The notes beneath the pieces are model-generated. The model did no database searches. It saw nothing but the letters and a program-made list of their open reading frames with translations, and was not told the origin of the DNA. This document shows, piece by piece, positions 1 through 10,955 of a stretch of 26,840 nt of DNA. The number at the start of each line of letters is the position of its first letter. Position 1 is the first letter of the stretch. A program made the translations under genes and the position numbers. Location: assembly GCA_031414775.1 (NCBI GenBank), contig JANOQI010000019.1, forward strand, positions 1 through 26,840. Direction: 5' to 3'. The DNA is from Synechococcales cyanobacterium VAR_4_metabat_354 (lineage in GTDB: Bacteria; Cyanobacteriota; Cyanobacteriia; Cyanobacteriales; Chamaesiphonaceae).

Positions 1-132
1 TCAGAGTGGGGGCGGGATTTGTTCGCTGATGTTCGCTCAATCGTCAATACGGGAAAACGGCAAGGTTTATCCGCTTTTGAATCCATATTGACAGCAATTA
101 ACCCCTTGAAATCCTTATTCCATCTAAGTTGA
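1..132 (+). CDS. IS66-family transposase, C-terminal 43 aa (partial)
   Basis: Manual translation, open from base 1 to TGA at 130-132; motif (FR)SEWG.DLFA.VRS..NT.KRQG. Confidence 0.8.
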   Translation, partial: SEWGRDLFADVRSIVNTGKRQGLSAFESILTAINPLKSLFHLS

Positions 133-140
133 GCAATTAC
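1..140 (+). mobile_element. Right end of an IS66-family insertion sequence (partial, runs off the window)
   Basis: Frame 1 (1..132) reads SEWGRDLFADVRSIVNTGKRQGLSAFESILTAINPLKSLFHLS*, typical of an IS66 TnpC C-terminus. It is followed by ...TTGAGCAATTAC ending at 140, whose reverse complement GTAATTGCTCAA is a GTAA-type IS66 terminus. Confidence 0.85.
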
Positions 141-685
141 ATTCTTTCTATTGGACAACTGAAATTAATACTCTTCAGCTCTACTAAATCTCCAGGAGCA
201 TAAGAAATAAACTCCCAGCGGCCACCCTCATCTCGTCGATACAAATCCAAGCAAATCTTTTTAGTGCTAACCAAGACATATTCTTGCAAATCAGGAGACC
301 TACGATACAAGCTAAATTTATCACCCCGATCGTAAGCCTCGGTACTGGGAGAAAGCACCTCAATAATTAGGCAAGGATAGCTAATAAACTTACTGGCAGT
401 TCGATCGCGCTCATCACAAGTAACACTAATATCAGGATAAAAAAAAGAATTGGATGCAGCTATTTGAACCTTGGCATCACTAGTAAATAATCGGCAGTTA
501 CCATCCTCCAAATGATTACCAATAGCACGCATGAATTGTGCTGCAATCTCACTGTGGGTTAAGGTTCCACCGGTCATGGCATAAATTTCACCATCAGCAT
601 ACTCATGACGAAACTCTTGTTGTTCCTCCCACGCCAAATATTCTGCTGAGGTGAACTGCGGAAAATATTCTGGTAAGGCAATCAT
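137..685 (-). CDS. Uma2 (DUF820) family putative restriction-like endonuclease, last few residues replaced by the IS66 end
   Basis: Motifs EYLAWE..RHEY.DGEIYAMTGG..H, YPD..V.CD, IIEVLSPSTEAYDRGDKF..YR. Likely ATG at 685 (ORF track starts at 718). The stop codon is supplied by the IS terminus. Confidence 0.9.
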   Translation of the reverse strand: MIALPEYFPQFTSAEYLAWEEQQEFRHEYADGEIYAMTGGTLTHSEIAAQFMRAIGNHLEDGNCRLFTSDAKVQIAASNSFFYPDISVTCDERDRTASKFISYPCLIIEVLSPSTEAYDRGDKFSLYRRSPDLQEYVLVSTKKICLDLYRRDEGGRWEFISYAPGDLVELKSINFSCPIERM

Positions 686-731
686 CAGATACAACCTATT
701 AGAAGTGGCATAGAGCAATTATACTACTTTC

Positions 732-1535
732 TTATTTCTCCGCAAACTGCTGTAGAATCACAGACTTCTGAATAAAGTTACTTTTAGCTAGCCGCCGCGC
801 CACCCGATCGGGAATACCATAACCACCTTCAATATGAGCCTCGCCAGCAATCGCAATGAATCGATCGATCGGATGCTGCTGATAAAACGCCGCGATACTA
901 GCAGCCATCGTTTCATCCCAAACCAGCTGAGTTTCATAAAATCGCTCCCAGCCTTTGCTGTTAGCCACAGCTTGGTGCTGATGCTGATTGAAAGACTCCT
1001 GAATTAATTGTCGATAAGCCACATTAGATTTATCAATATCTTTGAGCGGCGGAATATAGCGAAAGTCGGCTGGGGCAAGGTTGGATAAGCCTTTCTTAGC
1101 AACCTTGCGCGTGATTTCGGTGGGAGCATTGAGAGCAATTACTGGCAGTTGATGTTCTTTGGCAAAACGCAACAACGGCGCATAGTTCTCCCACGGAAAA
1201 CCCCAGCGTTGCTGATATTCAGTTTGGGTAAGCAATTCGGCTTCACTAATTTGGCCAGCTAGATACCGATCGATCGACCCCTGATATGGTTTTTGGAACA
1301 TTTCCAAACCGATCGCTAAGCGCGGATTTTTTTGATAAAGATGCTGAATAATAGCTAGTTCGTCTTGATGATCCTGCGATCGATCGTGAACTTCCCCCAA
1401 ATAGACAATGTTAGCTGGCCACAATCCTTGCAGAATCTGCTGTTGATTAGGAGTGAAGTTCCGAGCTTGGGCACCTAGGCAGAGCAAAGTTATGGTTAAT
1501 CCCAATATTATGGCGGCCAAATTTCGTAAATTCAT
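732..1535 (-). CDS. ChaN family (haem/iron-uptake, Tiki-like) exported protein
   Basis: Signal peptide; motifs VYLGEVHD..H, IGLEMF, Y.PLL.FA, Q.VWDETMA, IAG..H..GYGIP.R. Confidence 0.85.
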   Translation of the reverse strand: MNLRNLAAIILGLTITLLCLGAQARNFTPNQQQILQGLWPANIVYLGEVHDRSQDHQDELAIIQHLYQKNPRLAIGLEMFQKPYQGSIDRYLAGQISEAELLTQTEYQQRWGFPWENYAPLLRFAKEHQLPVIALNAPTEITRKVAKKGLSNLAPADFRYIPPLKDIDKSNVAYRQLIQESFNQHQHQAVANSKGWERFYETQLVWDETMAASIAAFYQQHPIDRFIAIAGEAHIEGGYGIPDRVARRLAKSNFIQKSVILQQFAEK

Positions 1536-1598
1536 CTTGTCCTACACTAATATTCGGCTAGCATAACTCACAGAGTCTACCAAAAATCCAGAACTAGT

Positions 1599-2042
1599 AT
1601 GTCCGAAATTTCTGATACAAACGCGATCGATCAACGTTGGTTTGAACACCCTGTGACTGTATTTCCCTATCACACCGACTTCGCTGGCATCGTGTGGCAT
1701 GGCACCTACCTCACTTGGTTAGAAGAAGCCCGCATAGAATGTTTGCAGTCGATCGGAGTAGCCTTTGCCGATTTTGTCTCGATCGGCTGCGATATGCCAG
1801 TCGTTGACATGTCGCTGCGCTATCACCAATCTTTGCGACTGGGAGACAAAGCCATTGTCAGAACTCAGATGAGCTTGCAAGGGGTGAGAATTAAGTGGGA
1901 AAACAAAATCCAGTCCCTCGATTTACAAACTACCTATCTGACGGCGACAGTTACACTGGTGCCGATTGATCGCCAGACTGGCAAGATCATGCGCCGTTTA
2001 CCGCCGGTCGTGGCGGAAGTATTGAGTAAAATACTAAGCTAA
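1599..2042 (+). CDS. Acyl-CoA thioesterase, 4-HBT/YbgC hot-dog family
   Basis: HTDFAGIVWHGTYLTWLEEAR motif. Confidence 0.88.
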   Translation: MSEISDTNAIDQRWFEHPVTVFPYHTDFAGIVWHGTYLTWLEEARIECLQSIGVAFADFVSIGCDMPVVDMSLRYHQSLRLGDKAIVRTQMSLQGVRIKWENKIQSLDLQTTYLTATVTLVPIDRQTGKIMRRLPPVVAEVLSKILS

Positions 2043-3146
2043 TTCACCTGGTTTAATTACTACTTGCCGACTCTTGCCGCGTCGTTCGATCGTGAGGTTT
2101 AGACGTTGGCTGACATGACTGCTTTCCACCATGTTTTGCAGGTCTTCGGCGCTGCTCACTGGATTGCCATCCACATCTAAGATCACATCACCGCGCCGCA
2201 TTCCAGCTTTAGCCGCCGCTGTATTGGGTAAAACCCGCACCACCAGCACGCCGTTTACTTCTGGTACCCGGAAAGCTGCATTCGGATCGCTGTTGTTTTC
2301 CGCCGCCAATTGGGGCGTTACGGTGGCCATTTGAATTCCTAAGTAAGGATGCGAAACCTTTTCGCCCTTGGCTAGCTGCACCGAAATAGTTTTAGCCTTA
2401 TTGATCGGAATAGCAAAGCCAATCCCGGTGGCATCGGCTCGAATAGCCGTATTAATACCAATTACTTCGCCCTGGCCATTCAGCAGTGGGCCGCCGGAGT
2501 TACCCGGATTGATAGCTGCATCGGTTTGAATAAAATCTAACCGCTTATCGCTCATCCCGATCGCACTACTCGATCGCTTCAGGGTACTCACAATTCCTAG
2601 CGTAACGGTGTTGTCTAGTCCCAATGGATTGCCCACCGCAATCGCCCAGTCGCCTACTTGGACAACATCAGAGTTGCCCAGGGCGACTACTGGCAAGTTT
2701 TTAGCTCCAGAAATCTTTACCACCGCTAAGTCAGTTACCGGATCGACTCCCTGCACTTGACCATCAAAACTACGACCATCTTTGAGCGTTACTGTCACTC
2801 GATCGGCTTCATTGACCACATGGGCATTGGTTAACAGCACTCCGCTAGCATCAATAATAAAACCAGATCCTTGACCGCGCATTTTCTGTTGCTGCGGTTG
2901 CGGCATCCCAAACATAAACTCTTCTAGTAGTGGGTCTAGTTCGCGGGTGACGGTCTTTTCGGTATCGATGCGAACTACCGCCGAGCCAATCCGGTTGACA
3001 GCTTTACTCACAAAGCTACTGCCATCATTGCTGGCTACTGTCGCGACAGCGGCTACTGGTAATTCGGCCTGAGCAGCCGGTATCCACCAAGTACAAAAGG
3101 TAAAAAGAATTACGGCGAGTAAACTACTGAGCTTAGATATATTCAT
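2034..3146 (-). CDS. hhoA: HtrA/DegP-family serine protease with PDZ domain (HhoA-like)
   Basis: GQGSGFII, LTNAHVV, DLAVVKI, QTDAAINPGNSGGPL catalytic motifs, C-terminal PDZ, N-terminal signal peptide. Paralogue assignment (HhoA vs HhoB/HtrA) is tentative. Confidence 0.88.
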   Translation of the reverse strand: MNISKLSSLLAVILFTFCTWWIPAAQAELPVAAVATVASNDGSSFVSKAVNRIGSAVVRIDTEKTVTRELDPLLEEFMFGMPQPQQQKMRGQGSGFIIDASGVLLTNAHVVNEADRVTVTLKDGRSFDGQVQGVDPVTDLAVVKISGAKNLPVVALGNSDVVQVGDWAIAVGNPLGLDNTVTLGIVSTLKRSSSAIGMSDKRLDFIQTDAAINPGNSGGPLLNGQGEVIGINTAIRADATGIGFAIPINKAKTISVQLAKGEKVSHPYLGIQMATVTPQLAAENNSDPNAAFRVPEVNGVLVVRVLPNTAAAKAGMRRGDVILDVDGNPVSSAEDLQNMVESSHVSQRLNLTIERRGKSRQVVIKPGELA

Positions 3147-3248
3147 AAGTGGGTGGGCATTCAGCTGATCTATGCTGGAGATCGATCGGAAATCTTGTAG
3201 ATTATTTATTTATAGCGGAATTAACCGCTGCACGGCTACGGGTAATCA

Positions 3249-3803
3249 TCACCCCATCCTTTTCTCCAAATATTGCCCAATCATTTGTTGCTCACCGGCT
3301 CTAGAGATGATCGTTTGGCGGGTGCGATATTGATCACCAATCAGTTTAACCTCTTCCTCGAATACCGATTTTTGGTACTCGGTGCGTAAACATAGCGTGG
3401 CTGGGTTGGGTAAATGGTAGATAGCGGTAACTGGGCTACTGGTGGCAAAACCTCGATCGCGATACAAAATATTACCTTGAGCGCCAAAAATTGTCTGGCC
3501 AACTGAACCTTGCTTACCAGTAAGAGTATATTCACTATCCCAAGTTACGAAGGCACCGCAGCACAAGCTGTGGAGATCTTCTAGATAATGCAGTTCCGCC
3601 AGTTGAATTAGTTCGGGGCAGCCAGCGGCTAAAAAGTTAATGCTTAGATTGCTAACAACTTCCTGGGTTTCGCCAGCGGGCAAAGTGTAATAGCGGCGCT
3701 CTGATCGCCATTGGCCAGCAGAAGCCTGAAAAAACATGCTGATTTCTTTTTCCGCCAAAGCGTAGTTGATAAGCTGAGTATTCATTAAGTCTTGTTTCCC
3801 CAT
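3249..3803 (-). CDS. CpcS/CpeS-family phycobiliprotein lyase (probably a CpcV/CpcS2-like paralogue)
   Basis: FFQASAGQWRSERRYY, LYRDRGF, FEEEV..IG..YRTRQT motifs; alternative start at 3785. Confidence 0.8.
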   Translation of the reverse strand: MGKQDLMNTQLINYALAEKEISMFFQASAGQWRSERRYYTLPAGETQEVVSNLSINFLAAGCPELIQLAELHYLEDLHSLCCGAFVTWDSEYTLTGKQGSVGQTIFGAQGNILYRDRGFATSSPVTAIYHLPNPATLCLRTEYQKSVFEEEVKLIGDQYRTRQTIISRAGEQQMIGQYLEKRMG

Positions 3804-3898
3804 TAATTCTCAGGATTTTTACAAGCCATCACTAACTGTGAATATTTGTAATATTACTTAATATAACGAAAAATATCTTCATCACAAAGGTTGGGTTA

Positions 3899-3924
3899 GG
3901 AACAAAACAAAACTTTATCGGTCA
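3899..3924 (+). promoter_or_regulatory. Putative ECF-sigma (SigG/RpoE-type) promoter of the fasciclin gene
   Basis: GGAAC (3899-3903), 17 nt, GTCA (3921-3924), about 40 nt upstream of the start. Confidence 0.6.
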
Positions 3925-3960
3925 TCACAACTGAACATACCCACAAATTACAATTCAGAA

Positions 3961-4638
3961 TTGATGCTTATGACTCGTAAGAAACTTCACGGCACCCTTG
4001 TATCGACTATTGCTCTAGTCTTAGCCGCTGGTAGCCTATTTTCTGGCGTTAATGCTGCTCCTGACAATAAACAATCCGACACGATGACGAAGCCGGATGC
4101 GACAGTTACGCCAGATACCATGAAGACGCCGGATGCGATGACGAAGCCAGCGGATGCCATGAAGAAGCCAGCAGATGCCATGAAGAAAACGGTAACGCCT
4201 GCTGCTAAAAAAGGCACTACTATTGTTGGTCTAGTAACCAATAGCACCAAGAATTTCAAAACTTTGAATGCGGCTGTAAAAGCATCAGGATTAGCTGCCA
4301 CTCTATCTGGTGCAGGTCCATTCACTTTATTTGCACCTAATGATGCTGCTTTTGAAAAACTGCCCAAAGGCACCTTGAAAAAACTACTGAAGCCCGAAAA
4401 CAAAGCGGCTTTGCAACAAGTATTAAAGAATCATGTGTTGTCTGGAACTGTTTTGTCCAGCGATATCAAGGCTGGTAACGTTACGACCTTAGCTGGTGGT
4501 GAAGTTGCTGTTAAAGTAAAAGGCAAAAAAGTGACAGTTGGTAAAGCTACTGTTTTGAGAGCTGATGTACAAGCTACCAACGGCGTAGTCCACATCATTG
4601 ATACTGTGTTGGTACCGACTGATCTGAAACTAAAATAG
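3961..4638 (+). CDS. Secreted fasciclin (FAS1) domain protein with Met-rich N-terminal repeats
   Basis: Signal peptide; FKTL.AAVKA.GL..TL.G.GPFTLFAPNDAAF, HV, ATNGVVHIIDTVL; ATG alternatives at 3964 and 3970. Confidence 0.92.
   Translation: MMLMTRKKLHGTLVSTIALVLAAGSLFSGVNAAPDNKQSDTMTKPDATVTPDTMKTPDAMTKPADAMKKPADAMKKTVTPAAKKGTTIVGLVTNSTKNFKTLNAAVKASGLAATLSGAGPFTLFAPNDAAFEKLPKGTLKKLLKPENKAALQQVLKNHVLSGTVLSSDIKAGNVTTLAGGEVAVKVKGKKVTVGKATVLRADVQATNGVVHIIDTVLVPTDLKLK
4078..4189 (+). repeat. Imperfect 18-21 bp coding tandem repeat (P-[A]-D-[AT]-M-[KT]-[KT])
   Basis: Encodes DTMTKP DATVTP DTMKTP DAMTKPA DAMKKPA DAMKK; GATGCCATGAAGAA occurs twice exactly. Confidence 0.85.
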
Positions 4639-4665
4639 AAAGTTAAAAAAACACGTTAAATCATC

Positions 4666-4705
4666 TCAAACAAAAACCCCGACAACTGCCGGGGTTTTTG
4701 TTTGA
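4666..4705. terminator. Bidirectional intrinsic terminator between the convergent fasciclin and psbU genes
   Basis: TCAAACAAAAACCCCG-acaactgc-CGGGGTTTTTGTTTGA: perfect 16-bp inverted repeat with A/T tails. Confidence 0.9.
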
Positions 4706-4714
4706 TCGTGATGT

Positions 4715-5107
4715 TTAGTAGTAACCGTTGTTGTATCGATCGCCACCTTCGTTAAAAGTATCGTCAGTGGAAGTGATCGTAAAATTATCTAGATTTTTTT
4801 CCAAGTTGGCTTTTTGGTTGGCACTAAGATCAGGAATGCTAAGCACATCATCTACCGACTTGTACGGAGCACCATCCACAATCTTGCGGGCGAGGGTAGG
4901 GTACAAACCAGGATACTTCCGAAAAGCGCGGACGTTGGTATTATTTAAATCAATTTTTTTACCAAAGTCAGTTCCCAGTTTGCTGTCAGCACTGTTGCTG
5001 CCATTCATTGGTGCCGCTGCTTCATCTGCCCAACTAGGTGCTGTAAAACCAAAGAAGCAGGCCATACATAGACAGAATGTAATGGCAATTCGTAGTAACT
5101 GTTTCAT
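4715..5107 (-). CDS. psbU: Photosystem II 12 kDa extrinsic protein PsbU
   Basis: [43 protein letters not shown]...GGDRYNNG.Y; signal peptide; likely ATG at 5107. Confidence 0.96.
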   Translation of the reverse strand: MKQLLRIAITFCLCMACFFGFTAPSWADEAAAPMNGSNSADSKLGTDFGKKIDLNNTNVRAFRKYPGLYPTLARKIVDGAPYKSVDDVLSIPDLSANQKANLEKNLDNFTITSTDDTFNEGGDRYNNGYY

Positions 5108-5181
5108 TATATTTTCTCCAAACAATAGCTTTATTTTATATCGGAGCCAAAAGATCTGGCCTGTTCCATTCTATATCAACA

Positions 5182-6333
<1,152 letters not shown>

Positions 6334-6410
6334 TTATCTTTACTGTTGCTGGAGTTGCTATCAAATATTGTCATCTTGAACACACCGGTTGTGCAAGAAT
6401 CGACACCAAT

Positions 6411-7025
6411 TTAGCAGGTTTCGGGCGTTTTGGGTAAGTTGGGCACTTCATCAGCAAAGCTAGCCACCCGCCCAAAATGAAAAGGCCCGGCCACGGAACC
6501 CCATACTTGGGCATCGGTGATCGGATCACAACCTCGATCGGCACTGATGAATTTATCAGCATCAATTTCAAAAGTGCTGGCCAGGTAAGTATCTTGGCCT
6601 TTACGATGCACAACACAAGCCTTGCCGGGTTGCACATAACCACTAAAGCTATGGCCTGTCCACTCCGCAATATGGCTGCATCCGACTAGTTTGGTTAGTC
6701 GATCGGCTGTCAACAGGGCTAATTTGTCAGGCTGGCGGGAGCCACCATAAAATTCGGTCTCCTCGCTAACCAGATAGTTCTCAATTTCGATATGACCATC
6801 TACAACCACCAACTTCAGCACCCGCAGCCGGTAGGGTTCGTTCAGCATATAGTCGTAAGCTTGTTCGAGAAATAAACTCACGCCATCTAGCAGTTGCCAG
6901 GGCAAAGGGCGCATCCCGACCCGAATATGGGCAAAAAATGGCGGATTCTCAAAAGCCTGCTCTTGGTTGCTAAAATCTGCCGCCATCCAACGTGCTAGCT
7001 TAATAATATCTGTTGCTTCAGCCAT
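6411..7025 (-). CDS. cpcT: CpcT/CpeT chromophore lyase
   Basis: LARWMAADFSNQEQAFENPPFFAHIRV.MRPLP, EQAYDY...PYR.R, DRG.DP....VWGS.AGPF.F. Confidence 0.93.
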   Translation of the reverse strand: MAEATDIIKLARWMAADFSNQEQAFENPPFFAHIRVGMRPLPWQLLDGVSLFLEQAYDYMLNEPYRLRVLKLVVVDGHIEIENYLVSEETEFYGGSRQPDKLALLTADRLTKLVGCSHIAEWTGHSFSGYVQPGKACVVHRKGQDTYLASTFEIDADKFISADRGCDPITDAQVWGSVAGPFHFGRVASFADEVPNLPKTPETC

Positions 7026-7201
7026 GGTCTTAGAGTTAAGAAAATTATTTCAATAATGTCAGTCTATGACCTTTACTGTCGCCAACCAGCATAATTGTGC
7101 TTCAATGATAATTCTTGGGTAAATTGGGAGCAGGTATCACCGTAATTTAGCCACAGATTTCAGCATATCTCAATATAATTATTGCAAGCCATAGCCGCGC
7201 G

Positions 7202-8305
7202 ATGAGTTTTACAACACAGCCCCGCTCAGATCTAAAAAAAGTTATTAGTCAAGACTGGCCAGGGCTGATTGCGGCCTATCGAGAGTATTTGCCAGTGACC
7301 GATAGTACTCCGATCGTCACCTTGCATGAGGGCAATACGCCCCTGATTCCAGTCCCGACTATTAGTGCGGCAATCGGACGCGGCGTGCAGGTACTGATCA
7401 AGTACGATGGCTTAAATCCGACGGGTAGCTTCAAAGATCGGGGCATGACCATGGCCGTAACCAAAGCCAAAGAAGCTGGTGCTACCGCCGTGATCTGCGC
7501 CAGTACCGGGAATACTTCAGCCGCTGCCGCCGCCTATGCAATCCGGGCTGGCTTAAAACCTTTTGTTTTAATCCCTGATGGTTACGTGGCTTTAGGTAAA
7601 CTAGCCCAGGCTCTGCTCTATGGAGCCGAAGTCTTGGCCATTAAAGGCAACTTTGACGATGCCCTGGAAATTGTGCGGGAAATGGCCGAGAATTATCCAG
7701 TTACGCTGGTGAATTCGGTGAATCCTTACCGCTTAGAAGGCCAAAAAACTGCGGCCTTTGAATTGGTTGATGCCCTAGGTGATGCCCCTGATTGGCTCTG
7801 CATCCCAGTTGGGAATGGTGGTAATATTATGGCTTACTGGATGGGCTTTTGTCAGTTTCACCAAGAAGGTCGCTGCCAAAAACTACCTCGAATGATGGGC
7901 TTCCAGGCGGCTGGCTCAGCGCCGCTGGTTGATGGTGCGCCGATTAAAAACCCGGAAACCTTAGCCACTGCCATTCGGATTGGGAACCCAGCGAACTGGC
8001 AAAAAGCGATCGATGTCAAAGAAGCTAGTCGGGGTGAATTCAACGCTGTCACTGACGACGAAATTCTGAATGCTTATCGGTGGTTAGCTGGACGAGAAGG
8101 AATTTTCTGTGAACCCGCCAGCGCGGCTTCTGTGGCTGGGTTGCTGAAAGTGCAAGAACAAGTACCCGACAATGCCAAAGTGGTATGTGTCCTCACTGGC
8201 AATGGCCTAAAAGACCCAGATACCGCCATTAAACACAGTCTCAGTCAGTTTAAACAGGGGATTGCCCCAGACTTGCGATCGGTAGCCAGTGCGATGGGCT
8301 TCTAA
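7202..8305 (+). CDS. thrC: Threonine synthase
   Basis: [16 protein letters not shown] (PLP lysine), [43 protein letters not shown]. Confidence 0.97.
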   Translation: MSFTTQPRSDLKKVISQDWPGLIAAYREYLPVTDSTPIVTLHEGNTPLIPVPTISAAIGRGVQVLIKYDGLNPTGSFKDRGMTMAVTKAKEAGATAVICASTGNTSAAAAAYAIRAGLKPFVLIPDGYVALGKLAQALLYGAEVLAIKGNFDDALEIVREMAENYPVTLVNSVNPYRLEGQKTAAFELVDALGDAPDWLCIPVGNGGNIMAYWMGFCQFHQEGRCQKLPRMMGFQAAGSAPLVDGAPIKNPETLATAIRIGNPANWQKAIDVKEASRGEFNAVTDDEILNAYRWLAGREGIFCEPASAASVAGLLKVQEQVPDNAKVVCVLTGNGLKDPDTAIKHSLSQFKQGIAPDLRSVASAMGF

Positions 8306-8342
8306 AAATTCCTAGCGGTAAGCAAATCTTTGTAATTATAAT

Positions 8343-8374
8343 TTGGGTAGGAGTGGTGAACACTGCCTATCCGA
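8343..8374 (+). terminator. Stem-loop downstream of thrC (possible terminator or stability hairpin)
   Basis: TTGGGTAGG-AGTG-gtgaa-CACT-g-CCTATCCGA followed by CTTTGT. Confidence 0.5.
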
Positions 8375-8408
8375 CTTTGTGCGATTTGTGATCTAAAGCT
8401 GGTAAATT

Positions 8409-10820
8409 GTGATTCAGACCGAAACCCTAGAATTATTGGAATGGCCGAGACTGTGCCAACATTTGGCCAGTTTTGCGGTGACTAAATTAGGAGTGATCGC
8501 CGCGCGTCAGTTACCAATTCCAACAACCATCACCGAGAGTCAAGCACTACTACGTCAAACTCAAGAGATTGGTATTTTAGAAAGTCAATTGAGCAGTAGT
8601 ATTTCTTTTGAAGGCATTACTGATATTGGTTTAGCTTTAGAAAGAGCTGGCTTGCAGGGTATTTTGGCTGGCGCTGAACTATACGATATTGCTAGCACCC
8701 TGGCGGGGATGCGCAAGTTACGGCGGGTGATTGATAATGGTGAAAACATTCCTGGTCTGCAAGCCTTAATCGAAAATATTCGTACCTATCCAGAACTGGA
8801 ACAGGATATTTATCACTGCATTGATGACCGAGGTGATGTGACCGATCGAGCTAGTGAGAAACTACGCCTAGTTCGGATTGAAATTAAAAGCTGTCGCGAT
8901 CGAATTCAACGTCTTTTGAACAACCTGCTCCAGCGGCACAGTAATGCAATTCACCAGCCAGTTATTACCCAGCGTAGCGATCGGTTTGTGATTCAAGTTA
9001 AAGCCACTCATAAAGAGACTATTCCCGGCGTTGTCCATGATGTGTCGGCTAGTGGATCGACACTCTACGTGGAACCAAACGGCGTCGTAAATCTGGGTAA
9101 TCAGCTGCGCCAACACCAGCGCCAAGAGCAGCGAGAAATTGAAGCCATTTGCCGGGAGCTGAGTGCCAAGGTAGCGGCAGTGCAAACTGATTTGGAAATA
9201 CTGCTAGTGGCTGCTATTTCCCTGGACTTAGCGACGGCGCGTTGGCGCTACGGGAATTGGCTGGGGGCTAATCCGCCGCATTTAATAGATATTAATGACC
9301 CAGAGTGTTCAGATCAAACGACGCTGCGCCATCTGCGCCATCCCCTGCTGCTGTGGCAACAGCATAATGAGCAAGGACCAGAGGTGGTACCGACCGACTT
9401 GGTGATTCAGCCTCAAACCAGGGTGGTGACTATTACGGGACCCAATACTGGGGGAAAAACTGTTACCCTCAAAACCCTAGCTCTGGTGTCACTAATGGCT
9501 AAGGTGGGGCTATTCATTCCAGCCAAAGAGCCGGTAGAGATTCCCTGGTTTAGTGAAATTTTGGCTGATATTGGCGATGAGCAGTCCCTCCAGCAAAGCC
9601 TTTCTACTTTTTCTGGCCATATTCGACGCATTAGTAGAATTCTGGCGGCGATTCCGGTGACCGAAAATCCAGCAGCGACCTTGATTTTGCTAGATGAAGT
9701 CGGGGCGGGGACTGATCCAGCCGAAGGAAGTGCCCTGGCCACCGCTCTGCTAAAGACTTTAGCCAATCGTGCTTATCTGACGATCGCCACCACTCATTAT
9801 GGCGAACTCAAAGCTCTGAAGTACCAAGACGAGCGGTTTGAGAATGCCTCGGTAGAGTTTGACGACGTGAGCTTATCCCCCACTTATCGGCTGCTGTGGG
9901 GGATTCCGGGTCGTTCTAATGCCCTGGCGATCGCCCGTCGCTTAGGTTTAGCCGAAGAAGTAATTGTGATGGCCGAGAGCCACATCGCCTCCTCTGGCAC
10001 CGTCGAAGTTAATGAAGTGATTGCTGGTTTAGAAGCCCAGCGTCGCCAGCAAGAAGAAAAAGCGCAAGCCGCGCAACAATTACTTCAACAAGCCGAGCAG
10101 TTTTATCAAGAGGTTAGTCGGAAAGCTGCCGACTTACAAGCCCGCGAACAAAATCTTAAAATCGCCCAAGAACAGGCTATTCAAGCTGAACTAGATCAAG
10201 CTAAAGCTACGATCGCCCAAGTTATTAGGAAGCTGCAACAAGGTCCTCAGACGGCTCAATCAGCTCAGCAAGCCACCGCTAGTTTAAATCAGCTAGCCAG
10301 TGGCCAAAAAACTATGCCGATCGCCATCCCGATTGGCTATCAACCACACATTGGCGAAAGAATTAGGATGCCCAGATTAGGGCAGACCGCTGAAGTCCTT
10401 ACCTTAGCTGATGAACAAGGCAATCTCCAGGTACGCTTTGGTCTTATGAAAGTGTCAGTTTCTTTGGCAGATGTGGAATCTTTGACTGGTGAAAAACCCA
10501 AAATCCCAGCCAAACAAGCCTCTGTAAAAGCCAAGCCTAAAGAAGAGAATGAACCGCAGCCGGGGAAAATTTTGCCGCGTACCAGTCAAAACACGATCGA
10601 TGTTAGAGGGCAACGGGTTGATACTGCTATTTTAGAGATCGATCGAGCCATGAATGCGGCGTATGCTAGTGGAGTAATGTGGATTATTCATGGTAAAGGA
10701 ACTGGTAAATTAAGACAGGGCGTACACGACTTTTTGATGCATAGCCCGCAAGTGAAAGGATTTGAATTAGCTGATAGTAGTGATGGTGGCGCGGGTGTTA
10801 CTGTTACTCGTCTTAGCTAA
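8409..10820 (+). CDS. mutS2: Endonuclease MutS2 / ribosome-collision factor with C-terminal Smr domain
   Basis: TGPNTGGKT Walker A, DIGDEQSLQQSLSTFSGH, LLDEVGAGTDP, TTHYGELK, Smr IIHGKGTGKLR..GGAGVT. Confidence 0.96.
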   Translation: MIQTETLELLEWPRLCQHLASFAVTKLGVIAARQLPIPTTITESQALLRQTQEIGILESQLSSSISFEGITDIGLALERAGLQGILAGAELYDIASTLAGMRKLRRVIDNGENIPGLQALIENIRTYPELEQDIYHCIDDRGDVTDRASEKLRLVRIEIKSCRDRIQRLLNNLLQRHSNAIHQPVITQRSDRFVIQVKATHKETIPGVVHDVSASGSTLYVEPNGVVNLGNQLRQHQRQEQREIEAICRELSAKVAAVQTDLEILLVAAISLDLATARWRYGNWLGANPPHLIDINDPECSDQTTLRHLRHPLLLWQQHNEQGPEVVPTDLVIQPQTRVVTITGPNTGGKTVTLKTLALVSLMAKVGLFIPAKEPVEIPWFSEILADIGDEQSLQQSLSTFSGHIRRISRILAAIPVTENPAATLILLDEVGAGTDPAEGSALATALLKTLANRAYLTIATTHYGELKALKYQDERFENASVEFDDVSLSPTYRLLWGIPGRSNALAIARRLGLAEEVIVMAESHIASSGTVEVNEVIAGLEAQRRQQEEKAQAAQQLLQQAEQFYQEVSRKAADLQAREQNLKIAQEQAIQAELDQAKATIAQVIRKLQQGPQTAQSAQQATASLNQLASGQKTMPIAIPIGYQPHIGERIRMPRLGQTAEVLTLADEQGNLQVRFGLMKVSVSLADVESLTGEKPKIPAKQASVKAKPKEENEPQPGKILPRTSQNTIDVRGQRVDTAILEIDRAMNAAYASGVMWIIHGKGTGKLRQGVHDFLMHSPQVKGFELADSSDGGAGVTVTRLS

Positions 10821-10955
10821 TATGCTGAGATCTTTGTCTCTGAAAAATCAGCTAATTTAACGGTATTTACTGTCGGCTTTGTCCGATATAATCAAGTTGT
10901 TGCAGTATTGGCAACAGCTCATTGTCAGCTAGCTATTTCAGCTAATCTTTATATT

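Noticed and set aside
4078..4189. Repeats considered as a CRISPR array
   Set aside because: In-frame degenerate coding repeats with no spacers. No CRISPR array or cas gene was seen anywhere in the window.
3987..4403. 138-aa hydrophobic minus-strand ORF with repeats
   Set aside because: Antisense shadow of the Lys-rich fasciclin gene; the repeats mirror the DAMKK units.
6371..6689. Short alternative-frame ORFs overlapping cpcT (and similar 60-120 aa ORFs inside thrC, mutS2, the radical SAM gene and dxr)
   Set aside because: Nested in conserved genes with no independent coding signal.
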